A stretch of DNA of 64,000 nucleotides from an uncultured Chloroflexia bacterium (lineage in GTDB: Bacteria; Chloroflexota; Limnocylindria; Limnocylindrales; CSP1-4). Position 1 is the stretch's first letter. Every line of letters starts with the position of its first letter. Where the stretch lies: the NCBI GenBank assembly GCA_963713975.1, contig OY970218.1, positions 2,016,001 through 2,080,000 of the forward strand, written 5' to 3'. Below are positions 55,633 through 64,000 of the stretch, piece after piece. The notes under the pieces are model-generated. The model was not told the DNA's origin. It saw only the letters and a list, made by a program, of their open reading frames with translations, and did no database searches. Both the position numbers and the translations under genes were made by a program.

Positions 55633-56417
55633 AGCCCGCAACCGTGTTCCTGGGCGAGATGACCACCCTCGAGGTCGAGGCGTTCCTGCGGGAACATCGG
55701 ACCGTGATCGTGCCGGTGGGCTCCACCGAGCAGCACGGCCCGCATGCGCCACTCCTGACGGACGTCCTGATCCCGGTCGAGGTCGCGAGACGTGTTGCAC
55801 CGCGAGTGGGCGCGGTCGTGGCGCCGCCCGTCAACTACGCCCTGTCCTACCCCCATGCGGGCTTCACGGGCGTCGTCCACATCCGGATCCCGACCTTCAT
55901 GGCGTTGATCGAGGACCTGGCCGTCTCGCTCGCGGCCGTCGGCTTCACCCGGATCGTGTTCCTCAACGGCCACTACGACAACACGTATGCCATCGCGTAT
56001 GCCTGCGCGACCGCGGCCGAGCGCATGCCCAGCGGTGTGCGTGCCTTCCCCGTCAACTACTGGGACGGCATGACGCCGGCCGAGGCGGCGGAGTTCTTCG
56101 ATCCGACGAACGGCCTCCACGCCAACAAGGGCGAGACCTCGGCGGTCCTCGCCATCCGCCCGGATCTCGTGGACATGGACCTCGCGAACGTGGAGTTCCC
56201 GCCGTTCCCCGATGTCGCCAGCCCGGCGTCGGTGCACACGGCGTTCTTCTTCTCGGCCCCGGGATCCGTTCACCGCGCCACCGAGTCCGGCACCTGGGGC
56301 GATGCCCGCGAGTCCACGGCCGAGTTCGGCGAGCGCTACCTGGACGTCGTCGTGGCGTCCACCACCAGGGTCCTCGGCGACATCGAGCGTACCTTCGAGG
56401 CCATGCCGCCGCGGTAG
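55629..56417 (+). CDS. Creatininase-family amidohydrolase
   Basis: P.GSTEQHGPH.PL.TD, NGH..N, HA...ETS and G.WGD. Confidence 0.88.
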   Translation: MKPATVFLGEMTTLEVEAFLREHRTVIVPVGSTEQHGPHAPLLTDVLIPVEVARRVAPRVGAVVAPPVNYALSYPHAGFTGVVHIRIPTFMALIEDLAVSLAAVGFTRIVFLNGHYDNTYAIAYACATAAERMPSGVRAFPVNYWDGMTPAEAAEFFDPTNGLHANKGETSAVLAIRPDLVDMDLANVEFPPFPDVASPASVHTAFFFSAPGSVHRATESGTWGDARESTAEFGERYLDVVVASTTRVLGDIERTFEAMPPR

Positions 56418-56483
56418 CGCGGATGGGTCCGGGATCCGTCGTTCGACTTCGACCGGGCACGCAACGGACGTGGCCGAGACGCA

Positions 56484-56542
56484 CGAAGGCGGGGCCACGT
56501 TGGCCCCGCCTTCGGTTCGTGCGAGCCTCCCCAGAGGCTCGC
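56484..56542. terminator. Twin hairpins between convergent operons
   Basis: CGAAGGCGGGGCCA-CGT-TGGCCCCGCCTTCG, then GCGAGCCTC...GAGGCTCGC. Confidence 0.7.
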
Positions 56543-56552
56543 CGGGTGGGTA

Positions 56553-57080
56553 TCAGCTGGACGGCGGCAGGATCACCGCGTCGATCACGTGGATCACGCC
56601 GTTGGAAGCCTCGACATCGGTTGTGACGACCTTGGCGCTGTCGTTGAGGTAGACGGTCCCATCCTTGACCGCGATCGTGATCGCCGGTCCTGCGACGGAG
56701 TCGGCGGAGGTCAGGCCGACGACCTGGTCTGCGGTCACCTTGCCCGAGACCACGTGGTACAGCAGGATCTGCTTGAGGGCTTCGGGGTCGGCCAGCAGGC
56801 CATCGAGCGTGCCGTCGGGCAGCGCGGCGAAGGCCGCATCGGTGGGTGCGAAGACGGTGAAGGGGCCGTCGCCCTTGAGCGTGTCCACGAGACCGGCGGC
56901 CGTCGCGGCCTCGAGCAAGGTGCCGAACGAGCCAGCGGTGGTCGCCGTCTCCACGATGTCGCCCATCTCCGCCGCCATCGAGGGCTCGGGGGTCGCCGGC
57001 GCCGGCGTGGGCGCGGCGGTGGAGCAGGCGGAGACGACGATGGCGACGGCGGCCAGCGAGAGCAGGATCGTGCGCTTCAT
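56553..57080 (-). CDS. Fasciclin (FAS1) domain lipoprotein, MPT70/MPT83-like
   Basis: Lipobox VSAC; [26 protein letters not shown] and [10 protein letters not shown]. Confidence 0.93.
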   Translation of the reverse strand: MKRTILLSLAAVAIVVSACSTAAPTPAPATPEPSMAAEMGDIVETATTAGSFGTLLEAATAAGLVDTLKGDGPFTVFAPTDAAFAALPDGTLDGLLADPEALKQILLYHVVSGKVTADQVVGLTSADSVAGPAITIAVKDGTVYLNDSAKVVTTDVEASNGVIHVIDAVILPPSS

Positions 57081-57159
57081 TCAGGTTCCTTTCGGGGAGC
57101 GGTTGACATGGCTTGTGGTCGTTGCTCTGGTTCGCACCGGCGAACCGTTCTGCCTCTCC

Positions 57160-57185
57160 TTCGGTACGAGCCCGCCGGCGGATGG
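57160..57185 (-). promoter_or_regulatory. SigK-type ECF promoter CCATCC-N15-CCGAA
   Basis: Minus strand CCATCC (57185-57180), 15-nt spacer, CCGAA (57164-57160), about 80 nt upstream of the fasciclin ATG. Confidence 0.7.
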
Positions 57186-57222
57186 GTCGGGCCGCGCCGC
57201 GCGGTCTGCCGGGTCGCCGTGA

Positions 57223-57332
57223 TGTGCGACAGTCTTCCTGCGTCCGGAAGCCGCACAGGAGTCGTCGACGTCATGAGCACACAGGCCACCCCCATCCATC
57301 CGCTCCTCGCCGCGGCCGAGGCGATCCTGCCC
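57223..57332 (+). repeat. 110-bp direct repeat, copy 1 (upstream region + RBS + first 20 codons of the amidohydrolase)
   Basis: Ungapped match to 59483-59592 with 15 mismatches (hand count). Confidence 0.9.
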
Positions 57333-58499
57333 GACGTGATCGACGTCCGGCGGCGGCTTCACGGACGCCCGGAGATCGGTCTCCACTTGCCCGCGACCCA
57401 GGCGATGGTCGTCGAGGCACTGCGGGCGATCGGCCTCGAACCCAGGCTCGGCGAGTCCACCAGCTCGGTCGTGGTCGTCATCGAGGGGGGCCGGCCCGGG
57501 CCGACGATCCTGCTGCGCGGCGACATGGACGGGTTGCCGCTCCACGAGGACACCGGGCTCGAGTTCGCCTCCGAGGATCCCGGGACGATGCACGCCTGCG
57601 GCCACGACACGCACATGGCGATGCTCCTCGGCGCCGCCCGCCTGCTCGCCGAGCGACGCGATTTGCTTGCCGGCCGCGTCCTGCTCATGTTCCAGCCGGG
57701 CGAGGAGGGCTACCACGGCTCCCGGTTCATGCTCGAGGAAGGACTCCTGGAGGATGGTGCGCACGGTTCAGGCGGCGTCGAGCGTGCGTTCGCGATCCAC
57801 ATCGGCACCGAGTACCCGGCGGGCACCATCGCCCTGCGCCCGGGTGCGCTCCTCGCCGCCAATGACGAGATCCGGGCGACGGTCTGGGGTCGGGGCGGCC
57901 ATGCCTCTGCCCCTCACCTGGCCCTCGACCCGATCCCCACGGCGGCCGAGCTGGTGCTCGCGCTCCAGGTCGCGGTGACGCGCTCGGTCGATGCGTTCGA
58001 CCCCGCCGTGCTGTCGATCACGCGGATCAGCGGCGGGACGACCAACAACGTCATTCCCGAGACGGTCGAGATGGAGGGCACGATCCGCACCGTTTCGGCA
58101 GAGACCCGAGAGCTCATGCGCGGCCTCGTCGCCCGGGTGGCGGCGGGGGTCGCGGCGGCGCACGGGACCCGCGTCGACCTGGAGATCGAGCCCGGCTACC
58201 CGGTCACCATGTGCGATCCGGGCGTGACTGCGTGGATCCGGGCGCTGGCCATCGACCTCGCGGGCGAGGCGTCCGTGATCGACCTCGTGCAGCCGATCAT
58301 GGGTGCCGAGGACTTCTCCTACGTCACGGAGCGGGTTCCCGGCATGATGGCGTTCCTCGGGGCTCGCCCGGCATCCGAGGACCCCGCGACGGCACCCGGC
58401 AACCACTCCAACCGCGTCGTGTTCGACGAGCCGTCGATGGCGCTGGGCGTCGCCCTGTACGCCGCGGCGGCGCTCAACTTCCTCGGCAACCCGACATGA
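57273..58499 (+). CDS. M20D amidohydrolase (hippurate hydrolase-like)
   Basis: RR.LH..PE, LRGDMDGLP, MHACGHD.H, FQPGEEG, GGHAS.PH and AEDFS. Confidence 0.92.
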   Translation: MSTQATPIHPLLAAAEAILPDVIDVRRRLHGRPEIGLHLPATQAMVVEALRAIGLEPRLGESTSSVVVVIEGGRPGPTILLRGDMDGLPLHEDTGLEFASEDPGTMHACGHDTHMAMLLGAARLLAERRDLLAGRVLLMFQPGEEGYHGSRFMLEEGLLEDGAHGSGGVERAFAIHIGTEYPAGTIALRPGALLAANDEIRATVWGRGGHASAPHLALDPIPTAAELVLALQVAVTRSVDAFDPAVLSITRISGGTTNNVIPETVEMEGTIRTVSAETRELMRGLVARVAAGVAAAHGTRVDLEIEPGYPVTMCDPGVTAWIRALAIDLAGEASVIDLVQPIMGAEDFSYVTERVPGMMAFLGARPASEDPATAPGNHSNRVVFDEPSMALGVALYAAAALNFLGNPT

Positions 58500-59023
58500 C
58501 ATTCCTTGACCTGGCCTGCCGGCGTCACAGCGTGCGCTCCTACCGCTCCCATGCCGTGCCGGACGATGCGCTGGCCACGGTGCTCGAGGCAGGCCGCGTC
58601 GCGCCGACCGCCGCCAATCGTCAGCCGATCCGGATCATCGTGATCCACACGGCCGGCCGCGAGGCGGAGCTCCGACGGATCTACGACCGCGACTGGTTCG
58701 TGCAGGCGCCGCTGCTGCTGTGCGTGTGCGCGGTGCGCGACGAGGCCTGGAGCCGCACGATGTACGACGGCCGGAGCCACGCCGACGTGGACGCCGCGAT
58801 CGTCATGGACCACATGGTCCTCGCGGCGGCGGACCTCGGGCTCGGGACCTGCTGGATCGCGGCCTTCGACCCGGCCGCCGCAAGGGAGGTCCTGGCGGTG
58901 CCCCCGGAGGGCGAGCCGATGCTGTTCTCGCCGCTGGGCTACCCGGCCGCCGACGGCGAGGCCTCCGCGCGACACCAGCAGCGCCGCCCGCTGGAGGAGC
59001 TCGTCCGCTACGAGCGCTGGTAG
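58496..59023 (+). CDS. Nitroreductase-family protein
   Basis: R.SVR.Y, APTAANRQP, LGLGTCWI and LGYP. Confidence 0.9.
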   Translation: MTFLDLACRRHSVRSYRSHAVPDDALATVLEAGRVAPTAANRQPIRIIVIHTAGREAELRRIYDRDWFVQAPLLLCVCAVRDEAWSRTMYDGRSHADVDAAIVMDHMVLAAADLGLGTCWIAAFDPAAAREVLAVPPEGEPMLFSPLGYPAADGEASARHQQRRPLEELVRYERW

Positions 59024-59038
59024 GCTCAGCGTCGGGGG

Positions 59039-59332
59039 CTACTCGCCTGCCACGTCTCCCTTGAAGCACGTGGTCAGCACGCCATCGACCGGGTCCGCAG
59101 GTACGGACGCCATGTTCGACTCCGGCGGGCAATCCTCGCCTTCACCGACGATGGCGATCACCTTGTGGGTGTGCGGCTCCGCGCAGGACACGACGGTGGA
59201 GCCCTCGTCGGACTGCCGGACGCACGTTCCGACGGGAAGCGGCACCTCCGGCTGGCGAAGGCCCCTGCAACCGCCGAGCGGCAGGGCCAGCACGATCACG
59301 GTCGCGACCGCCACCCTCCGCCGATCTCTCAT
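59039..59332 (-). CDS. Small Cys-rich lipoprotein
   Basis: Basic N-terminus, hydrophobic core and lipobox LGGC; VG.CV...V.C...H...CP...CF pattern. Confidence 0.6.
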   Translation of the reverse strand: MRDRRRVAVATVIVLALPLGGCRGLRQPEVPLPVGTCVRQSDEGSTVVSCAEPHTHKVIAIVGEGEDCPPESNMASVPADPVDGVLTTCFKGDVAGE

Positions 59333-59482
59333 GGTCCCTCCACGACCCTGACGGAGCGCCGGGCCGCTCACCCAAGCGCCGCCCGCTCACATGATCCCAT
59401 GCCGACGCCCGTTCGGACGATCACGAACACGGGTCGGTGACGAAGCGGCCAGGTGCGGAGGACCGGCCCAACGGATCCTCGG

Positions 59483-59592
59483 TGTGCGACAGTCTCCCTG
59501 CGTCCAGGAGCAGCACGGGAGTCGTCGACGGCATGACCACACAGGCCAACCCCACCCATCCGCCCCTCGCTGCGGCGGAATCGATCATGCCC
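59483..59592 (+). repeat. 110-bp direct repeat, copy 2
   Basis: About 86% identical to 57223-57332. Confidence 0.9.
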
Positions 59593-59610
59593 GCGGCGGG
59601 GCCGGCGTAG
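59533..59610 (+). pseudogene. Truncated duplicate of the amidohydrolase 5' end (25-aa ORF)
   Basis: MTTQANPTHPPLAAAESIMPAAGPA* versus MSTQATPIHPLLAAAEAILP; stops 2 nt before the aminotransferase GTG. Confidence 0.65.
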
Positions 59611-59612
59611 CC

Positions 59613-60806
59613 GTGTCGATCCCGTTCGCCCGCCGGATGGAGGAGGTCAGGCCGTCCGCCATCCGGGACCTGCTTGTGCACGGCGCCGATCCCGAGGTGA
59701 TCTCGTTCGGCGGCGGCTACCCGGATCCTGCGCTGTTCCCCCGTGAAGAGCTGGCATCGGTCTTCCAGGGCCTGCTCTCTGGCGGCGATGGTTCCGTGCT
59801 CCAGTACACAGTCTCGGACGGGCTGCCGATCCTGAGGGAGCAGATCGCGGCACGGATGACCCGTGACGGTACGGAGACCCGGGCGGGCGAGGTCCTCGTC
59901 CTCCATGGCGCACAGCAGGGCCTGGACCTGGCGGCGAAGCTCGTGCTGGATCCGGGGGACGTCGTCGTCACGGAGAACCCGACCTTCCTCGGCGCGCTGA
60001 TCGCGTTCAACCCGTTCGAGCCCGCCTATGCTCCCGTCCGCACCGACGACGACGGCATGGACATCGACGACCTGGAGCGAGTGCTGGCCCGGACGCCGCG
60101 CGCCAGGCTGCTGTACACGATGCCGGACTTCGGCAATCCCACTGGCGTCACCCTCAGCCTCGACCGCCGGCGGCGGCTGATCGAGCTCGCCAACCGGTAC
60201 AACCTGCTGGTCGTCGAGGACTCGCCGTACCGCGACCTCCGCTACGAGGGCCAATCGCTGCCCACGCTGCGGAGCCTCGACACCGAGGGACGGGTCGTCT
60301 ACCTCGGAAGCTTCTCCAAGATCCTCGTGCCCGGGATGCGGCTCGGGTGGGCGGTCGCAAGCGGCGACATCGTCTCGAGGCTGGGGCTCCTCAAGCTCGC
60401 CGCCGACACCCAGTGCAGCACCCTGAACATGGCGGCCGCATCGGCCTACCTCGAGCGCTACGACATCGACGAGCACATCGGACGCATCCGGGATGCCTAC
60501 CGGCGCAAGCGGGACCTCATGCTCGGGGTGATCGCGGCATCGTTCCCGGCCGGCGTCGCCTGCACCCGCCCGGACGGCGGGCTGTTCACCTGGCTCACGT
60601 TCCCGGACGGGTTCGACGCGACGGCCTTCCTGCGCGACGAGCTGCTGCCGAAGGCGAAGGTCGCATGGGTTCCCGGGGCCACGTTCTACCCGGGGGTGCA
60701 GGAGCCCAACCACGCGCGGGTCAACTTCTCGGGCGTGTCCGAGGAGCGGATCGTGGAGGGGATGACACGGATGGGGGACCTGCTCCGGGCGACGCTGGGG
60801 TCCTAG
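59613..60806 (+). CDS. PLP-dependent aminotransferase class I/II (LysN/MocR-catalytic-domain-like)
   Basis: SAIR.L, ISF.GG.PDP, NPTG, ED.PY and GSFSK...PG.RLGW; GTG start 59613 inferred. Confidence 0.9.
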   Translation: MSIPFARRMEEVRPSAIRDLLVHGADPEVISFGGGYPDPALFPREELASVFQGLLSGGDGSVLQYTVSDGLPILREQIAARMTRDGTETRAGEVLVLHGAQQGLDLAAKLVLDPGDVVVTENPTFLGALIAFNPFEPAYAPVRTDDDGMDIDDLERVLARTPRARLLYTMPDFGNPTGVTLSLDRRRRLIELANRYNLLVVEDSPYRDLRYEGQSLPTLRSLDTEGRVVYLGSFSKILVPGMRLGWAVASGDIVSRLGLLKLAADTQCSTLNMAAASAYLERYDIDEHIGRIRDAYRRKRDLMLGVIAASFPAGVACTRPDGGLFTWLTFPDGFDATAFLRDELLPKAKVAWVPGATFYPGVQEPNHARVNFSGVSEERIVEGMTRMGDLLRATLGS

Positions 60807-60864
60807 CAGGGGTCGGCCCTGCAGATCGCCGTCCGGCGGTCCCACGGCCCCGGGTCTGCGGTCC

Positions 60865-61043
60865 GGATATCACCAGCAGTGCTATGTGCCCGAATATGTG
60901 GCCTTTGCTCGCCTGTATCCACGCGGTCGGGTCACCCCGCGGCACGTCCCGAGCACGGATCGTGCTCGACGGGCGGCCGGTGACCCTGATCCCGGGCAAC
61001 GAAACGCGAGTCTTGCGGCCCGCTAGCACCAGCGGTGATATCC
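60865..61043. mobile_element. 179-bp MITE-like element with 20-bp terminal inverted repeats and nested hairpins
   Basis: GGATATCACCAGCAGTGCTA ... TAGCACCAGCGGTGATATCC; internal GGGTCACC/GGTGACCC and CGAGCACG-GAT-CGTGCTCG. Confidence 0.5.
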
Positions 61044-61115
61044 AGGCCCCAAGGCCGACGGCCGTTCCAGGCGCGGCCCTGGCACGCGCCCCGGCACGCG
61101 CCCCGGCCAGCGGCT

Positions 61116-61784
61116 TCAGGCTGTCTTCGTCCCGGCGGCCGCGAAGGTCATCGCCCGCTGGAGGGCGGCGCCCCTGAGGTCGGCTGCGATCGCCACCGGG
61201 CCACCCAGTGCCCGGGCGTTGATCGCCGCCTGGGCCGCCTCCTCCACGATGCCGCCCACCATGATGGCAAGCTCCGGCGTGCGGTGGAACACGAGGACCC
61301 CGTGGTTGGCCAGCAGCACGGCGGGCACACCGGGACGCACCGCCAAGCGGATGTTGGCCACGGCCTCGGCCGAGCCCCGAGGCCCATACGCGGCGACGGG
61401 GACCCCGTCGGCAAGGCCGAACATGGCGAGCGCCTCGATCCAGCAGTCGATCGGCTGCCGGGCGACGGCGAAGGCGGTGGCATAGGGCGAGTGGGTATGG
61501 ACGACGCAGCCGACATCGGCGTTGTCCTCGTACATGGCGGCGTGCATCGCCACGACCGCCCCCTGGATCGGGGGCAGGCTGCCCTCGATCAGCGTGCCGT
61601 CCAGCCCCACCCTGGCGATACCCACCGGCCCAAGCCCTCTCAGTGAGGAGGCGGAGGTGAAGTACATCTCCTCGGCCCCGGGGACGCGGATGCTCACGTT
61701 GCCGTGCCCGTTCGCCGCGATCGCGCCACTGCCGAGGACGCTCGACGCGGCGGCCAACACCTGGTCTACGACCGTCCTGTCCAC
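61116..61784 (-). CDS. Class II aldolase/adducin-family protein
   Basis: GNVS.R, MH...Y, HTHSPYATAFA and LLANHG; GTG start after GGAG inferred. Confidence 0.85.
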   Translation of the reverse strand: MDRTVVDQVLAAASSVLGSGAIAANGHGNVSIRVPGAEEMYFTSASSLRGLGPVGIARVGLDGTLIEGSLPPIQGAVVAMHAAMYEDNADVGCVVHTHSPYATAFAVARQPIDCWIEALAMFGLADGVPVAAYGPRGSAEAVANIRLAVRPGVPAVLLANHGVLVFHRTPELAIMVGGIVEEAAQAAINARALGGPVAIAADLRGAALQRAMTFAAAGTKTA

Positions 61785-61894
61785 GACCACGCTCCACACA
61801 ACGGTCGGCGCCTGCAACTGGATGCTGCGGGACGCAGGCCCAGAGGGTAGTCGAACGGCCTGCTCGCCGCTCGAAACGGGAGTAGGCTCCGCCC

Positions 61895-63115
61895 ATGGAT
61901 AGCGTCCCCGTCCTGGTCATCGGCGGTGGGTCGGCCGGCCTGGCAATCAGCCACGAGCTCGGCGGTCGCGGGATCGACCACGTCGTCCTGGAGCGCGGCC
62001 GGATCGGCCAGGCATGGCGGGATCGATGGGACAGCTTCTGCCTTGTCACGCCGAACTGGTCCATCCGGCTCCCTGGCGGGAGCTACGCGGGGGACGATCC
62101 CGACGGTTTCATGCCCAGGGACGAGATCGTCGACCACCTCCGCAGATATGCGGCCGCCTCGGGGTCACCGGTGCGGGAAGGCGTCGACGTCCTGACGATC
62201 GACCGGACGTCGGGAGGCTTCATCGCCCGGACGTCGGTCGGAGACCTGCGGTCCCGCCGCGTGGTCCTGTGCACGGGGGCGTTCCAGCAGGCCCACCGCC
62301 CCGCAGGGGCGGACTCGTTGCCCTCGGGCCTGCTGCAGATCGACGCCGAGGGCTACCGGAACGCGGACGACCTGCCTCCGGGCCCCGTCCTGATCGTCGG
62401 CAGCGGACAGTCGGGCGCACAGCTGGCCGAGGAGCTGACCGACGCCGGCCGCGACGTGGTCCTCTCATGCGGGAGGGCCCCGTGGGCGCCGCGCCGCTTG
62501 GGCGACCGCGACCTCTTCTGGTGGCTCACGCAGTCGGGCTTCATGGATCAGCCGGTCGCCACCCTGCCGTCTCCTGCCGCCCGCCTCCTCTCGAACCCTC
62601 TGGCGAGCGGCCACGAGGGCGGCCACGACCTGCACCTCCGGACGCTGCGTGCGAAGGGGGTAACGCTCGCCGGTCGCTTCCAGGGGGCCGGTGGCGCCGA
62701 GGCCCGCTTCGCGCCGAACCTGTCGGAGTCCGTGGCATGGGGCGACGATCGTTACCGGGAGCTCCGCTCCTTGTTCGGCGATGTCGCCGCGCGGTTGGGC
62801 GTGCAGCCGCCGGAAATGCCTGACCCGGAGCCGTTCGACGACCGGGCGCCCGAAACCGTGTCGCTGAAGGGTTTCGGCGCGGTCGTCTTCACCGGGGGCT
62901 TCCGGCCCGACTACCGATCATGGCTACCCTGGCCGGACGCGTTCGACGAGGTCGGCTTCCCGATCCAGCAGGACGGTGCAAGCACCACGGTGGACGGGCT
63001 CTACTTCGTGGGCGTCCACTTCCTGCGGACGCGCAAGTCGTCGATCCTCCTTGGTGTCGGCGAGGACGCGGCGGTCGTCGCAGGGACCATCGACACCAGC
63101 ATGGCCGCGGGCTGA
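61895..63115 (+). CDS. Flavin-containing monooxygenase-like oxidoreductase (MSMEG_0569/TrkA-like)
   Basis: GGGSAG, W...RWDSF.LVTPNW, VGSGQSG.Q.AEEL and GLYFVG. Confidence 0.85.
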   Translation: MDSVPVLVIGGGSAGLAISHELGGRGIDHVVLERGRIGQAWRDRWDSFCLVTPNWSIRLPGGSYAGDDPDGFMPRDEIVDHLRRYAAASGSPVREGVDVLTIDRTSGGFIARTSVGDLRSRRVVLCTGAFQQAHRPAGADSLPSGLLQIDAEGYRNADDLPPGPVLIVGSGQSGAQLAEELTDAGRDVVLSCGRAPWAPRRLGDRDLFWWLTQSGFMDQPVATLPSPAARLLSNPLASGHEGGHDLHLRTLRAKGVTLAGRFQGAGGAEARFAPNLSESVAWGDDRYRELRSLFGDVAARLGVQPPEMPDPEPFDDRAPETVSLKGFGAVVFTGGFRPDYRSWLPWPDAFDEVGFPIQQDGASTTVDGLYFVGVHFLRTRKSSILLGVGEDAAVVAGTIDTSMAAG

Positions 63116-63148
63116 CGCCGTAGCCTGGACCAGGGCCCCCTCGAGCCG

Positions 63149-64000
63149 TCAGCGGTGCAGGTTGTGCGCCGCCACGAAGCTCAGGCCGTGCTCGGTCAGC
63201 GCCCGGGCCGTGTGGTTCGTGGCGTCCAGCTTGTCGGTGAAGTCGTCTGCGAGGGCATCCCAGTCACCGCTCGCGATCACCTCGTCCTTGTCCCGGAAGT
63301 AGTCCAGGATGTCCGACGGATGGGGGTGCGCGGCATCGACCGCGGGATCGCCGCCCTCGTGCTTGGCCGAGATGTTGGCCACGTGGTCCGCAAGCTCGAT
63401 GAGCTCCTCGCGGCGGTCGTACGGCTGGCGCACGATGCTCTTCTGCGTCTCCGTGATGTGGTGCTCGAAGCGCACCGCGTCCTCGAACCCCAGCGCGCGC
63501 CGGATGTCGGCCGCGATCTCCAGGGTCTGGTTGTCCACCGAGTTGCTCCAGTTGAACCCCACCAGCGGTGTGGTGCCGTCCTCGCGGGCGAACAGCTTTG
63601 CCCCCACGAGCGTCCACAGCCCGGCGAACGGGTTGTCGTTGCCCATGAACACGGAGATCTTGAACTCGATGTCCACGCCCAGGCGGTACAGCAGGTAGCC
63701 CGCGAGGACCGTGCCCGGGTTCAGGTTGAGCACCTGCCGGACGCCGTACTCCGTGTAGTAGTGGAGGAACTCGTCCACCCACATCAGGGGATGGTCGTTT
63801 GGCTGGCCGACGCCGCCGAAGTAGCCGGTGATCGTAGCCGCACCGTCGAGATGGACGTTGGAGCCGTCGGTGCCCTTGGTGTCGAGCGTCTCGACGACGC
63901 TGGCGCCGATGATCTGCATCGCCGCCGCCACCGCCGCCAGGTCGCCGTCCGCCTCCTGCTCCTTCATCTTGCGAACCCTGATCCAGCGCCCCGGCATGAG
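63149..64000 (-). CDS. Conserved hypothetical protein, C-terminal part (5' end lies beyond the window)
   Basis: Open frame with GC3 bias and enzyme-like composition (ETLDTKGTDGSNVH, GYFGG.GQPN, FKISVF.G.DN, FEHH, SAKHEG). Confidence 0.75.
   Translation of the reverse strand, partial: LMPGRWIRVRKMKEQEADGDLAAVAAAMQIIGASVVETLDTKGTDGSNVHLDGAATITGYFGGVGQPNDHPLMWVDEFLHYYTEYGVRQVLNLNPGTVLAGYLLYRLGVDIEFKISVFMGNDNPFAGLWTLVGAKLFAREDGTTPLVGFNWSNSVDNQTLEIAADIRRALGFEDAVRFEHHITETQKSIVRQPYDRREELIELADHVANISAKHEGGDPAVDAAHPHPSDILDYFRDKDEVIASGDWDALADDFTDKLDATNHTARALTEHGLSFVAAHNLHR

Noticed and set aside
55629-56417. Mycofactocin cluster (MftE/MftG-like genes)
   Set aside because: Creatininase and GMC homologs are present, but mftA/B/C/D/F are not in the window.
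1-64000. Many long overlapping or antisense ORFs in the track (e.g. 6231-8285 -, 20348-23092 +, 34047-36785 +, 53695-55800 -)
   Set aside because: They are shadows of high-GC coding sequence: Arg/Pro/Gly-rich or antisense-codon composition, no motifs, and they overlap well-supported genes.

Overview
A very GC-rich (roughly 70% or more, by eye), gene-dense bacterial chromosomal segment. The protein repertoire and the Ala/Pro/Thr/Glu lipoprotein linkers are reminiscent of Chloroflexota or Actinomycetota (inference only). I found no tRNA/rRNA, CRISPR array or transposase. Four blocks are visible. (1) 1-27 kb, an L-sugar island: a PHP / aldolase-SrlD fusion / SorE-like / polyol dehydrogenase operon; a DeoR-rhaTPQS-rhaM-rhaB-rhaI L-rhamnose operon; a LacI-controlled ABC-fucU-fucI operon; and a LacI-operator-controlled module of GDP-mannose 3',5'-epimerase, an atypical GHMP kinase, a tandem HxGH nucleotidyltransferase and a divergent manC. 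I propose this last module as a possible 'Leloir-like' salvage route for L-galactose or L-gulose via GDP-sugars; it is the best candidate for an undescribed system. (2) 28-44 kb: small membrane/SHOCT proteins, a frameshifted ABC1 kinase preceded by a ppx remnant, a DUF1269-like/arylsulfatase fusion with an anaerobic maturase, an MFS transporter and alr. (3) 44-56.4 kb: a 12-gene LacI-regulated catabolic operon of unknown substrate. (4) 56.5-64 kb: a fasciclin gene with an exact SigK-type promoter, a 110-bp duplicated promoter/leader in front of an aminotransferase, and other enzymes. Two MITE/REP-like inverted-repeat elements and several tandem repeats occur. All product calls come from motif recognition by eye, not database searches.
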